Of a stretch of DNA of 64,000 bases, positions 25,476-35,280 are shown in pieces; the first letter of the stretch is position 1; the number at the start of each line of letters is the position of its first letter. Location of the stretch: positions 486-64,485 of the forward strand of contig DATKMZ010000036.1 of assembly GCA_035541575.1 (NCBI GenBank), given 5' to 3'. The notes beneath the pieces are model-generated. The model was not told the DNA's origin and ran no database searches. It saw only the letters and a program-made list of their open reading frames with translations. Made by a program: the position numbers and the translations under genes. Origin of the DNA: Caulobacteraceae bacterium. GTDB lineage: Bacteria > Pseudomonadota > Alphaproteobacteria > Caulobacterales > Caulobacteraceae.

Positions 25476-27137
25476 TCAGGCCGCCGCGGCGGCCGTGTCC
25501 TCGAATACGGGCGCCTCGATCGGCGCGAGCGGCGGGCGGCCGAGGATCATGTCGGCGGCCTTCTCGGCGATCATGATCGTCGGCGCGTTGGTGTTGCCGC
25601 CGACGAGCGTCGGCATCACCGAGGCGTCGATCACCCGAAGCCCCTCGAGCGCCTGCACCTTCAGCGCGCCGTCGACCACAGCCAGCGGATCGCCGGCCCG
25701 GCCCATCCGGCACGTGCCGACCGGGTGATAGATCGTCTCGGCGTTGGCGCGGATCCAGGCGTCGATCTCGGCGTCGGTCTTCACGTCCGCGCCTGGGAAC
25801 TCCTCGGCGCCGGCGATCGCCTTCAGCCCCGCCTGCGCGGCGAGTTCGCGGGTCATCTTGGTTCCCTCGCGCAGCGCGCGGCGATCCTCCTCGGTGGAAA
25901 GGTAGTTGGCGAAGATCGCCGGGTCGGCCAGCGGATCGGCGGACGCCAGCCCGACCCGGCCGCGGCTCTCGGGCCTCAGCTGGCAGACGTGGATCGAGAA
26001 GCCGTCCTTCGCCACAGCCTGCTTGCCGTGATCCTTCATGATCGCCAGCACGCAGTGCAGCTGCAGGTCCGGCCGGTCGAGATCGGGCCGCGACTTCAGG
26101 AAGGCGCCCGCCTCCAGGAAGTTCTGTCGTCCGAACCCCTGGCCGAACAGCAGGTAGGCGAGGCCGGTGGTCAGCCGGTTGATTCCAGTCGAGTACGAAT
26201 AGGCGGTCTTGGTGGTCGGGGTCTCCCACGAGAGGATCACGTCGAGGTGGTCCTGCAGGTTCTCGCCGACGCCCTTCAGCGGGTGGACCGGCGTCACGCC
26301 CGCGGCTTTCAGCCGGTCCGGATCACCGATCCCGGAGAGCTGCAGAATCTGCGGCGATTGGACCGCGCCGGCGCTCAGCAGCACCTCGGCGTCGGCGTAG
26401 GTCCGCTGCGTCTGGCCGTTCTGCACGAACTCGACGCCGACGGCGCGGCCCTTCTCCACCAGGATGCGCGTGGTGCGGGCGCCGACCTCGACGGTCAGGT
26501 TCGACCGCTTGCCGGCGATCGGCGCGAGGTAGGCGGCCGACGCGCTCCAGCGCTTCCCGTCCTTGATCGTCATCTGGTAGGGCCCGAAGCCCTCCTGCTG
26601 GAAGCCGTTGAAATCCTTGGTGCGGCGGTAGCCCGCCGCGACGCCGGCCTCGATGAAGCCGCTGTAGACCGGGTTCTTCGACGAGGCCCTGGAGACGTAG
26701 AGCGGCCCCTCGCCGCCGTGATAGGCGTCGGCGCCGCCCTCGAACGTCTCGGCGCGCTTGAAGTAGGGCAGCACGTCCGAATAGCCCCAGCCTGTGAGGC
26801 CCATCTGGCGCCAGAGGTCGTAGTCGCGGGCGTGGCCGCGGACGTAGATCATGCCGTTGATCGACGACGACCCGCCGAGCCCGCGGCCCCTCGGCCACCA
26901 GAGCTTGCGATCGCCGAGGTTGGGCTCGGGCTCGGTCCAGAAGCCCCAGTTGTAGTCGCCCTTCTGGCTGATCAGGCCGCCGACCCCCGCGGGCATGCGC
27001 ACCATCAGCGAGTTGTCCTTGGGCCCAGCTTCGAGCAGCAGCACGCGGGTCGCCCCGTCGGCCGAGAGTCGGTTGGCGAGCACGCAGCCGGCCGACCCGG
27101 CGCCAATGACGATGTAGTCGAACCGGCCGTCGGCCAT
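25476..27137 (-). CDS. GMC oxidoreductase (choline dehydrogenase-like)
   Basis: GAGSAGCVLANRLS, GGSSSINGM, YHPVGTCRMG, GNTNAP. SD aggggag before ATG 27137. Confidence 0.93.
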   Translation of the reverse strand: MADGRFDYIVIGAGSAGCVLANRLSADGATRVLLLEAGPKDNSLMVRMPAGVGGLISQKGDYNWGFWTEPEPNLGDRKLWWPRGRGLGGSSSINGMIYVRGHARDYDLWRQMGLTGWGYSDVLPYFKRAETFEGGADAYHGGEGPLYVSRASSKNPVYSGFIEAGVAAGYRRTKDFNGFQQEGFGPYQMTIKDGKRWSASAAYLAPIAGKRSNLTVEVGARTTRILVEKGRAVGVEFVQNGQTQRTYADAEVLLSAGAVQSPQILQLSGIGDPDRLKAAGVTPVHPLKGVGENLQDHLDVILSWETPTTKTAYSYSTGINRLTTGLAYLLFGQGFGRQNFLEAGAFLKSRPDLDRPDLQLHCVLAIMKDHGKQAVAKDGFSIHVCQLRPESRGRVGLASADPLADPAIFANYLSTEEDRRALREGTKMTRELAAQAGLKAIAGAEEFPGADVKTDAEIDAWIRANAETIYHPVGTCRMGRAGDPLAVVDGALKVQALEGLRVIDASVMPTLVGGNTNAPTIMIAEKAADMILGRPPLAPIEAPVFEDTAAAAA

Positions 27138-27320
27138 CGACAACTCCCCTACGAAGGTGACGAGGGCGTCACTTTAGCCCGTCGACCGGCGGTGGCAAAG
27201 CGTGACGCCACGAGAGGGGCGCGGCCTGATCGTCGCGGGGCTGGCGCGGGCGGTTGGCTGACGCGTGGTGAAGGCGGATTGGATCGCGCCGCCACTCGCC
27301 GCTACTCAAGGAGACGCGCC

Positions 27321-28109
27321 GTGACTGCCCACCACATCCGCTTCGACGTCGACGCCGCGGGCGTCGGGACGATCACGATCGATCGCCCCGAGAAGCGCAA
27401 CGCGATGACCTATGCGATGCTGGGCGCGTTCATCGAGGCGATCGGCAAGGCGGGCGAGGACGACCGCGTGCGGGTGCTGATCGTCACCGGCGCCGGCGGC
27501 ACCTTCTGCGCCGGCACTGATCTGGCGGACCTCGCGACCGTTCCCGGGGAGACGCGCGGCGTGCGCGGCCGCTCCGACCAGCACGACGTCTGGTGGCCGC
27601 TGGTCGCCTGTCCGAAGCCCGTGATCGGCGCGATCGACGGCTATGCGGTCGGCATGGGCGCGGAGTTCACCAGCCAGTGCGACGTGCGGATCGTCACCGA
27701 CCGCGCCCGCTTCGCCTGGAACTTCGCTCAGCGCGGCCTGGTGCCCGACACCGGGGCGGGCTCCTGGCTGCTGCCGCGGCTGATCGGCCCGTCGCGCGCG
27801 CTGCGGCTGCTCTATTCGGCGGGGTTCCTCGAGGCGGCCGAGGCCAAAGCGATTGGCTACGCCAACGAGGTGGTTGCGCCCGAGGCGCTGATGGACACGG
27901 CCCGCGCCGAGGCTGAGCGGTACCTGGCTTGCTCGCCGTTCTCGCTGCGGCGGATGAAGCAGTTGGTCTGGCAGGGGCTCGAGCGCGACGTCGCCAGCCA
28001 CATGGCCGCCCATGTCGAGGCGCTGTCGGCCTGCTTCAAGTCCGAGGATCACAAGGAAGGCGTCGCCGCGTTCCTCGAGCGGCGGCCGGCCAAGTTCGTA
28101 GGTCGCTAG
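27321..28109 (+). CDS. Enoyl-CoA hydratase/isomerase
   Basis: RPEKRNAM, FCAGTDL, GYAVGMGAE, DHKEGVAAFLERRPAKF. Confidence 0.92.
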   Translation: MTAHHIRFDVDAAGVGTITIDRPEKRNAMTYAMLGAFIEAIGKAGEDDRVRVLIVTGAGGTFCAGTDLADLATVPGETRGVRGRSDQHDVWWPLVACPKPVIGAIDGYAVGMGAEFTSQCDVRIVTDRARFAWNFAQRGLVPDTGAGSWLLPRLIGPSRALRLLYSAGFLEAAEAKAIGYANEVVAPEALMDTARAEAERYLACSPFSLRRMKQLVWQGLERDVASHMAAHVEALSACFKSEDHKEGVAAFLERRPAKFVGR

Positions 28110-28175
28110 GTCGGCGCGACATTACGCGAGGAGAGCGAAGGGTGTAGGCTCGCGGCTTCTGACGGAGGCGATCCG

Positions 28176-28976
28176 ATGCCCGACGACCTGGCCGCCCGCG
28201 CGCCGAACTACGATCCTCGGATTCCCTGCATCAAAGACCAGGTCTCGCCGGCGGAGTGGGCCGCGCGGGTGGACCTCGCGGCCTGCTACCGGCTGATCGA
28301 CCTCTACGGGATGAGCGATCTGATCGCCAACCACGTCTCGGTCCGCGTCCCGGGCGAGCCTGAGCACTTCCTGATCAACCCGTACGGCCTGCTTTACGAC
28401 GAGATGACAGCCTCCTCGATGTTGAAGATCGACCTGGACGGCAATGTCATCGCCCAGCCGCCGTTCGACTATGGCGTCAACCGCGCCGGCTTCGTGATCC
28501 ACGCCGCGATCCACCGCGCCCGCCACGACGCGCAGTGCGTGATCCACACTCATACGGCCGCCGGCATGGCGGTCTCGGCGCTGGACTGCGGCCTCTTGCC
28601 GATCACCCAGACCTCGATGCGCTTCGCCAAGCACGCCACCCACGCCTACGAGGGCGTGGTGCTGAACCTTGACGAGCAGGCGAGGCTGGTCGCCGATCTC
28701 GGCGACTGCGAGCTGATGATCCTGAAGAACCACGGCCTGCTGGTCGTCGGCCAGACGATCCCGCAGGCCTTCAACCACATCCACCGCGCCGAACTCTCCT
28801 GCCGCACGCAGCTGATGGCGATGGCGACGGGGGCCAAGCTGGTGACGCCGCCGGACAATGTGATCGAGCAGACCTTCCAGGCCTACCAGCCGCACGTGCG
28901 CCGCCCGTTCGGCGTGCTCGACTGGCCTGCGCTGCTGCGCAAGCTCGACCGGCTGGACCCGTCGTACAAGACCTGA
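28176..28976 (+). CDS. Class II aldolase/adducin family protein
   Basis: NHVSVRVP, GFVIHAAIH, CVIHTH, ILKNHG. Confidence 0.92.
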   Translation: MPDDLAARAPNYDPRIPCIKDQVSPAEWAARVDLAACYRLIDLYGMSDLIANHVSVRVPGEPEHFLINPYGLLYDEMTASSMLKIDLDGNVIAQPPFDYGVNRAGFVIHAAIHRARHDAQCVIHTHTAAGMAVSALDCGLLPITQTSMRFAKHATHAYEGVVLNLDEQARLVADLGDCELMILKNHGLLVVGQTIPQAFNHIHRAELSCRTQLMAMATGAKLVTPPDNVIEQTFQAYQPHVRRPFGVLDWPALLRKLDRLDPSYKT

Positions 28977-28991
28977 GCGGACGCGCCGCCT

Positions 28992-29774
28992 TCAGCGCCC
29001 CTTCCACTGCGGCGGGCGGCGCTCGGCGAAGGCTTTCGGGCCCTCGACAAAGTCTTCCGAGCGGTAGAGCGCGGCCACCGCCTCGTAGCGGTTCTGGCCC
29101 TTGATCGCGGCCTCCAGCGTCGGTTCGTCGAGGCCCTTCAGCACCGCCTGCTTGGAGGCGCGCACCGACATCGGGCTGCATTCGGCGATCAGGCCGGCCC
29201 AGCGCCTGGCGGCGTCCAGCAGCTCGCCCGGGGCGACCACTTCGTTGACGAAGCCGAGCTCGAACCCCTCGCGCGCCGTGACCCGGCGGCCGGTCAGGAT
29301 CATGCCCATCGCCCGCTTCAGCCCGATCTGGCGGGGCAGGCGGTGCACGCCGCCGGCCAGCGCCGCCAGGCCCACGCGCGGCTCGGGCAGGGCGAAGACC
29401 GCGTTCTCCGAAGCGATGATCAGGTCGCAGGCGAGCGCGATCTCGAACCCGCCCCCCATAGCGACTCCGTTGACCGCCGCGATCAGCGGCTTGGTCAGGT
29501 CGAAGCGCGAGGTCAGCCCCGCGAAGCCCGAGGGCGGCGAGCCCATCTTCCCGCCCGACGCCTGGTGCTTGAGGTCGTTGCCGGCCGAGAACGCCCGGTC
29601 GCCCGCGCCGGTGACGATCGCCACCCACTGTCCGGCGTCGGCGGCGAAGTCGTTGAACACCTCGTCGAGCTCGAAGTGCGCGTCCGAGTGCAGCGCGTTC
29701 ATCACCTCCGGCCGGTTCAGCGTGACGGTGGTGACCGGGCCGTCCTTGGCGACAGCGACGTATTTGTAGGCCAT
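28992..29774 (-). CDS. Enoyl-CoA hydratase-related protein
   Basis: NRPEVMNAL, AFSAGNDL, GGGFEIALACD, EGPKAFAERR. The ORF-track extension to 31742 is spurious. Confidence 0.92.
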   Translation of the reverse strand: MAYKYVAVAKDGPVTTVTLNRPEVMNALHSDAHFELDEVFNDFAADAGQWVAIVTGAGDRAFSAGNDLKHQASGGKMGSPPSGFAGLTSRFDLTKPLIAAVNGVAMGGGFEIALACDLIIASENAVFALPEPRVGLAALAGGVHRLPRQIGLKRAMGMILTGRRVTAREGFELGFVNEVVAPGELLDAARRWAGLIAECSPMSVRASKQAVLKGLDEPTLEAAIKGQNRYEAVAALYRSEDFVEGPKAFAERRPPQWKGR

Positions 29775-29864
29775 GGCGCGCTTCCTCTCGCGGTTCCTCG
29801 GGGCCGATCCTGGCCGCCTGACGCCATGGAAAGCAATGGCCTGGGCTCTCCCTGCATTCCGCTG

Positions 29865-30068
29865 ATCCCGGCGAAGGCCGGGACCCAGGCAGGAACTTGA
29901 GGGCGAACCGGGTCTCGTCGGGTCGCGCGAGGTTCGTCGAACACGCGAGGCGCTTCTCGAAGGGTTTCTTGTCCTCGCGTCGAACGAAGTGCTCGCAGTC
30001 CGCGCTCTCCCTTGCCATATCGCGTCAACGCAACCGCTTCCTGCCTGGGTCTCGGCTTCCGCCGGGAT
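29865..30068. repeat. Element with 29-bp imperfect terminal inverted repeats (family C arms); MITE/REP-like
   Basis: Left arm atcccggcgaaggccgggacccaggcagg (29865-29893) and right arm cctgcctgggtctcggcttccgccgggat (30040-30068) are 26/29 complementary. Confidence 0.75.
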
Positions 30069-30104
30069 GGGCGGGAAGGGGAGACCGGGACTCGGAGCGG
30101 AAGA

Positions 30105-30947
30105 ATGAGCGAAGCTGCGGAACCGAACGCCGCCCAGGTCGCGTACTGGAACGAGAACGCCGGCCCGACGTGGGTCGCCATGCAGGACGCGCTCGACGAG
30201 CAGCTGGAAGGCCTCGGGCAAGGCGTGATCGCCGTGCTCGACCCGAAGCCGGGCGAGCGGATCATCGACGTTGGCTGCGGCTGCGGGGCGACGACGCTGG
30301 AGCTCGCGCGACGCGTCGGTCCGGGCGGACACGTGCTGGGCGCCGACATCTCGGCGCCGATGCTTGCGGTGGCCAAGGCGCGTGCGAAAGCCGTCGGGCT
30401 CACGCAGGCCGACTTCGCGGAGGTCGACGCCCAGACCCACGCGTTCGAGCCGGCCGATGGCGTCCTCTCGCGCTTCGGCGTCATGTTCTTTTCGGATCCG
30501 GTCGCGGCGTTCGCCAACCTGCGGCGCGCATTGACGCCCGGCGGCCGCGTCGCCTTCGTCTGCTGGCGGGCGATGGCCGACAATCCGCTGATGACCGTCC
30601 CGCTGGCGGCGATCCTGCCGCTGCTGCCCGAGCCGCCCGCCGCCCCGCCGCCGGGCGCGCCGGGACCGTTCGCCTTCGCCGACCGCGACCGCCTCTTCGG
30701 CATCCTGAAGGACGCCGGCTTCGCCGACATCCGGATCGACGCGCACGACGAGCCGATGGGCTACCGCAGGCTCGAGACCGCGGTCCAAACGGCGCTCAGC
30801 ATGGGTCCGGTCGGGATGGCGAGCCGCACGAACCCCGACCTGCGGCCGCGCTTCGAAGTCGCCGTGCGCGAGGTGCTCGCCGCGCGCGCCGCGCCGGACG
30901 GGAGCCTTCGCATGCCGTCCGCCACGTGGTTCGTCCGCGCGAGCTGA
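30105..30947 (+). CDS. Class I SAM-dependent methyltransferase
   Basis: IIDVGCGCG motif I, GADIS, SRFGVMFF. Confidence 0.9.
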   Translation: MSEAAEPNAAQVAYWNENAGPTWVAMQDALDEQLEGLGQGVIAVLDPKPGERIIDVGCGCGATTLELARRVGPGGHVLGADISAPMLAVAKARAKAVGLTQADFAEVDAQTHAFEPADGVLSRFGVMFFSDPVAAFANLRRALTPGGRVAFVCWRAMADNPLMTVPLAAILPLLPEPPAAPPPGAPGPFAFADRDRLFGILKDAGFADIRIDAHDEPMGYRRLETAVQTALSMGPVGMASRTNPDLRPRFEVAVREVLAARAAPDGSLRMPSATWFVRAS

Positions 30948-30962
30948 AGGGAGAGACGGACA

Positions 30963-31733
30963 ATGGACTGCGACTGGCAGGCGATCGCGACGGACCTCGA
31001 GCAGCTCCTGAAGCTGCGGAGCATCCCTTTCGGCATGAAGCTCTATGAGCGGCGCGCGGACATGGAGGCGATCCCGCGCATCCGCCGGCCGACGGCGGTG
31101 CACACGCTCGATCAGCTGGTCGGGCAGGCGGCCCGGCTGGGCTGGACCGTCGGCGTGACGTCCGAGGATCTCGTCGGCGCGCAGTGCCGCGCTGTGGTCG
31201 GCCTGGGCGCCGCCAAGACCAACGACTGGCGCTCGGGCCGCAGCATGACCGGCGTCTGGTTCTCGACCCAGCAGGACGCACAGGCGCACCAGGAAGCCAT
31301 GCACTGCGTCCCCGACGGCCGCTACGAGGCGCTGGCGGTCGGACCGCTGGCGGCGGGACGTCTCGGCGCGCCCGACATTGCGCTCTTCTACGCCACGCCT
31401 GGCGCGATGATCTATTTCATCAACGGCCTGCAGTGGTCGGGCTACAAGCGCTTCGACTGGAGCGTCGTCGGCGAGAGCGCCTGCGCCGATAGCTGGGGCC
31501 GCGCGCTTTCCCGCCGCGAGCCCAGCCTCTCGATCCCCTGCTTCGCCGAGCGCCGCTACGGCGGCGTGCTCGACGACGAGATGCTGATGGCGACGCCGCC
31601 CGAGCACCTCCTCAAGGCGATCGAGGGCATGCGGGCGCTGGCCAAGAACGGCTTCCGCTACCCGTTCCCGCAATACGGCGTGCAGCAGGATGTCCGCGCC
31701 GGCATGGCGGTCAGCTACGGCGAGCGGAAGTGA
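30963..31733 (+). CDS. DUF169 family protein
   Basis: PDIALFYATP, ESACADSW, SIPCFAERRYGG..DDEM. Confidence 0.8.
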   Translation: MDCDWQAIATDLEQLLKLRSIPFGMKLYERRADMEAIPRIRRPTAVHTLDQLVGQAARLGWTVGVTSEDLVGAQCRAVVGLGAAKTNDWRSGRSMTGVWFSTQQDAQAHQEAMHCVPDGRYEALAVGPLAAGRLGAPDIALFYATPGAMIYFINGLQWSGYKRFDWSVVGESACADSWGRALSRREPSLSIPCFAERRYGGVLDDEMLMATPPEHLLKAIEGMRALAKNGFRYPFPQYGVQQDVRAGMAVSYGERK

Positions 31734-31756
31734 GCGCGCCACAGGCGTGAGAAGAT

Positions 31757-31840
31757 TTTACCGCTGAGGCGCAGAAAAGGCGCGGAGGCCGCAGAAGGCC
31801 TCGGCGTACCCCGCGCCTTCTCCGCGCCTCAGCGGTGAAA
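31757..31840. repeat. Long inverted repeat, family D, between convergent genes
   Basis: tttaccgctgaggcgcagaaaaggcgcgg..ccgcgccttctccgcgcctcagcggtgaaa; arms of about 29 nt. Confidence 0.8.
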
Positions 31841-31883
31841 TGGCGCCTGCGGCGCTCGCCACCCTTCCAGGTGTCCGCTTCGC

Positions 31884-32411
31884 TTAGGTCGCCGCCAGGC
31901 CCGCCTTGAAGCGTTGCCAGTTGCGGACGTAGCTGAGCGAGCCCATGCCCATGCGGGCGGCCTGTTCGGGGGAGAGCTCGCGGGCGACCTTGGCCGGGGC
32001 GCCCAGGATCATCGAGCCGTCGGGGAATTCCTTGCCCTCGGTGATCAGCGCGCCCGCGCCGACGAGGCAGTTCTTCCCGATCTTCGCCCCGTTCAGGACG
32101 ATCGAGCCGATGCCGATCAGCGAGCCATCGCCGATCTCGCAGCCGTGAAGCATCACCATGTGACCGACTGTCACGTTCGATCCAATGGTCAGCGGCGATC
32201 CCATGTCGGTGTGCAGAACAGAGTTGTCCTGAACGTTGGAATTCTCGCCGATGGTGATTGGTTCATTGTCGCCGCGCAGCACTGCGCCGAACCACACGCT
32301 GGCGTTCTTCTTCAGGATTACATGACCCGCCACCACCGCATTCGGCGCGATCCAGTATTCGCCGTTCTCGGGGTACGTCGGCTCTCGGTCGCCCAATCTA
32401 TAGGCAGTCAT
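31884..32411 (-). CDS. Gamma-carbonic anhydrase family protein (YrdA/PaaY-like)
   Basis: [32 protein letters not shown]. Confidence 0.92.
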   Translation of the reverse strand: MTAYRLGDREPTYPENGEYWIAPNAVVAGHVILKKNASVWFGAVLRGDNEPITIGENSNVQDNSVLHTDMGSPLTIGSNVTVGHMVMLHGCEIGDGSLIGIGSIVLNGAKIGKNCLVGAGALITEGKEFPDGSMILGAPAKVARELSPEQAARMGMGSLSYVRNWQRFKAGLAAT

Positions 32412-32667
32412 CCGCACACATCCTATTCTTAATTTTGCCGGCTTGATTAATGGATCGGAAACCACGCTAGATCATTCTAGTTCGGCGATTCGAGGGGGCG
32501 AAAGCCCCACCGTAGCGTCCCGCCGTTCGGGCCATCCGCGCGGCGCCTCCAGTACGGAGAACCGGGTGTCGCTTTCAGCGGTCGGGCGGGACATCCCGCC
32601 CCCCACGATGCGAGCAGGACCGCCGCCCAGGCGCGTCAGCCCCCTCTCTTCATTCCAGCCGAACCCA

Positions 32668-32699
32668 GGGCGAGCCGTTACGGACTCGCCCTTTTTCTT
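32668..32699 (+). terminator. Intrinsic-terminator-like hairpin directly upstream of phoH
   Basis: gggcgagccg-tta-cgg(a)ctcgccc followed by tttttctt, 21 nt before ATG 32721. Confidence 0.7.
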
Positions 32700-32720
32700 G
32701 CCCCGTCACGGAGCCCAAGC

Positions 32721-33479
32721 ATGACCAAGCGAGCCCTCAAGCGCATGACCCGCGAAGGCGCGTTCGACGCCGCCCAGTTCGACGACGCCAACGTGCGGCG
32801 CCTGCCGCTGGCGCGCGGCTGGTCGCCGGTCGCGTTCGAGGCGGATCGCGAGCAGGGCTACCTGAAGACGATAAAACCGAAATCGCCCGGCCAGGCGCGC
32901 CTGATGGAGGCGATCGACGCCAAGGCGCTGGTGCTGGCGCTTGGCCCGGCGGGGACGGGCAAGACCTATCTCGCGATCTCCAAGGCGGTCGACGCGCTCG
33001 AGAGCGGCCGCGTCGCGCGGATCGTGCTCTCGCGCCCCGCGGTCGAGGCCGGCGAGTCGATCGGCTTCCTGCCTGGCGAGATGGAGGACAAGCTCGCGCC
33101 CTATCTGCGGCCGCTCTACGACGCACTCTCCGACCGGCTCTCGATGAAGCGGGTGCGCGCGCTGATGGCCGAGGGGGCGATCGAGATCGCGCCGGTGGGC
33201 TTCATGCGTGGGCGCACGCTCAACAACGCCTTCGTCGTCATCGACGAGGCGCAGAACTGCACCTACGTGCAGCTGAAGATGCTGCTGACCCGACTCGGCT
33301 GGTCGTCGACCATGGTGATCACCGGCGACCCCGCCCAGTCGGATCTGCTGCCGGCGCTGTCCGGCCTCTCCGAGGTCGCCGCCAAGCTCGAGACGCTCGC
33401 CAACATAGCCGTCGTCCGCCTCGCCGACGCCGACATCGTCCGCCACCCGCTGGTCGGCGAGATGCTGTCGGTGCTCTGA
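32721..33479 (+). CDS. phoH: PhoH family ATPase (short form)
   Basis: GPAGTGKT, LSRPAVEAGE.IGFLPG, FMRGRTL, DEAQN, GDPAQSDL. Confidence 0.92.
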   Translation: MTKRALKRMTREGAFDAAQFDDANVRRLPLARGWSPVAFEADREQGYLKTIKPKSPGQARLMEAIDAKALVLALGPAGTGKTYLAISKAVDALESGRVARIVLSRPAVEAGESIGFLPGEMEDKLAPYLRPLYDALSDRLSMKRVRALMAEGAIEIAPVGFMRGRTLNNAFVVIDEAQNCTYVQLKMLLTRLGWSSTMVITGDPAQSDLLPALSGLSEVAAKLETLANIAVVRLADADIVRHPLVGEMLSVL

Positions 33480-33482
33480 AGC

Positions 33483-33570
33483 TGCGTCCTTCGGGACGCC
33501 CGCAGCGCGGGCTCCTCAGGATGACATTCGTCATGGTGAGGAGCGCCTGACTAGGCGTCGCGAACCACGC
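33483..33570. repeat. Palindromic repeat, family A copy 3 (reverse orientation)
   Basis: Reverse complement reads gcgtggttcgcgacgc..gctcctcaccatga..gtcatcctgaggagc..gcgtcccgaaggacgca. Confidence 0.88.
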
Positions 33571-33574
33571 TGCG

Positions 33575-34438
33575 TTAGATCGGTCGATCGCCCGCTACGG
33601 TCGTGCGGTGCATCACACGCAGGTGGCCGTCGTAGCCCCCTGTGGCGTTGTGCATGGCTCGGCGGTTGTCCCACATCGTCAGCATGTTCGCCGACCACTT
33701 GTGGCGGTAGACGAACGCGTCGGCCAGCATGTGCTTGAAGAGGAACGCCAGCAGCGCCTCGCTCTCGGCGGCGCTAAAGCCCTCGACGCCGATTGTGTAG
33801 GTCGGGTTGACGAAGAGCGCCCGTCGGCCGTCGTCGAGGCGGCGCACGAGCGGGTGGCTCTGCGTCTTTTCCGCTTCGGGGCTGGGCAGGATCGTCATCC
33901 CCTTGCGGCCCTCCTCCCTGGCGAAGAAGCCGGACGGGCCGTAGGGCCGGGAAGCCGAGTGGATGGTTCTGAGCGGCGCCAGCATCTCGCGGAAGGCGGG
34001 GCTCAGCGCCTCGTAGGCGGCCACGGCGTCGGCATAGAGCGTGTCGCCGCCCACCGGCGGGACCACCTTGGCGTGAAGGATCGTCGCGGCGGGCGGCGTC
34101 TCCTGGAAGCTCCAGTCCGAGTGCCAGCCGCCGCCGAAGACGCGCGCGATCTCGTCCGGCTCGCGGCGCACCTCGAGGATGTGCGGCCGGTCCGCCAGCG
34201 GCGCGACGTACGGATCCCAGCCAAACGGGCCGAGCTGCAGCGTGAAGGCCTCGAGCTGGTCGTGGTCCAGCGGCTGGTCCGGGAACCAGAGCACCCCGTG
34301 GGCGAGGAACGCCGCCTTGACCGTCGCGAGCGCGTCCGGCGCCAGCGGCCGCGAGAGATCGAGCCCGCTCACCCCGGCCCCGAAGCCGCTGGGGTTGGGC
34401 GTGATCCTGAGCGTCGCGGGGGTCTCTACGAGGGTCAT
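33575..34438 (-). CDS. TauD/TfdA family Fe(II)/2OG dioxygenase
   Basis: WHSDWSF, GGDTLYAD, HPLVR, WDNRRAMH..R. Confidence 0.93.
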   Translation of the reverse strand: MTLVETPATLRITPNPSGFGAGVSGLDLSRPLAPDALATVKAAFLAHGVLWFPDQPLDHDQLEAFTLQLGPFGWDPYVAPLADRPHILEVRREPDEIARVFGGGWHSDWSFQETPPAATILHAKVVPPVGGDTLYADAVAAYEALSPAFREMLAPLRTIHSASRPYGPSGFFAREEGRKGMTILPSPEAEKTQSHPLVRRLDDGRRALFVNPTYTIGVEGFSAAESEALLAFLFKHMLADAFVYRHKWSANMLTMWDNRRAMHNATGGYDGHLRVMHRTTVAGDRPI

Positions 34439-34472
34439 GGGCTAAGGTTTGCTCTGAAAAGCGCCGCTCATC

Positions 34473-34516
34473 AAACCCTTCCCCCTCAGGGGGAAGCGCC
34501 CCGAATGGAAGGGTTT
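34473..34516. repeat. Short family-B-like hairpin between co-directional genes
   Basis: aaacccttccccctcagggggaag..ggaagggttt. Confidence 0.55.
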
Positions 34517-35277
34517 CATCCAGAGATCGAAAATCCTCCGTCGACAGCCAGCGAGACGCCGGTGACGAAGTCGGAGGCGGGGCTTGAGAGGAACACCGCC
34601 GGGCCCTCGAAATCCTCCGGCTCGCCCCAGCGGCCAGTCGGCGTGCGCGCCACGATGGCGTCGTTGAAGCTCTGCGAGCCCTTGGCGCCGGCGGTCATGT
34701 CGGTGGTGATCCAGCCGGGCAGAACGGCGTTGACCTGGATGTTGTCGACCGCCCAGGCGGCGGCGAGCGACTTGGTCAGCTGGATCAGGCCGCCTTTCGA
34801 TGCCGCGTAGGCCGGCGTGAACGGCGCGCCGAAGATCGCGTACATCGAGCCGATGTTGATGATCTTGCCGCCGCCCTGCGCCTTCATGATCGGATAGGCG
34901 GCCTGCGAGGCGATCAGGACCGCGGTCAGGTTGGTCTGCAGCACGGCGTTCCAGTCGCCCAGCGCCAGCGACTGCGGGCGCCCGCCGCGGGCGATGCCAG
35001 CGTTGTTGATGAGCACGTCGAGCCGGCCGAACTTCGCGCGCGCCTCGTCCGGCAACGCGCGGCAGGCGGTCTCGTCCGCCACGTCGACCTCGACCCCCGA
35101 GCAAGAGGCGCCGAGTCGCGTCAGCTCGGCGACGGCCGCCTTGTTCTTCTCCGGATTGCGCCCGGCGATCACGAGGCTGGCGCCCGCCTTCGCGAGGCCC
35201 CGCGCCATCCCCAGTCCGATGCCGCCGTTGCCGCCAGTGACGAGGGCGACGCGGCCCGAAAGGTCGAATAGGCCCAT
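34516..35277 (-). CDS. SDR oxidoreductase (KduD/glucose dehydrogenase-like)
   Basis: TGGNGGIG, NNAG, YAASK, NAVLPG. Confidence 0.92.
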   Translation of the reverse strand: MGLFDLSGRVALVTGGNGGIGLGMARGLAKAGASLVIAGRNPEKNKAAVAELTRLGASCSGVEVDVADETACRALPDEARAKFGRLDVLINNAGIARGGRPQSLALGDWNAVLQTNLTAVLIASQAAYPIMKAQGGGKIINIGSMYAIFGAPFTPAYAASKGGLIQLTKSLAAAWAVDNIQVNAVLPGWITTDMTAGAKGSQSFNDAIVARTPTGRWGEPEDFEGPAVFLSSPASDFVTGVSLAVDGGFSISG

Positions 35278-35280
35278 TGC

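Noticed and set aside
28992-31742. 916-aa ORF
   Set aside because: Only 28992-29774 is a crotonase. The extension is antisense to the methyltransferase and DUF169 genes.
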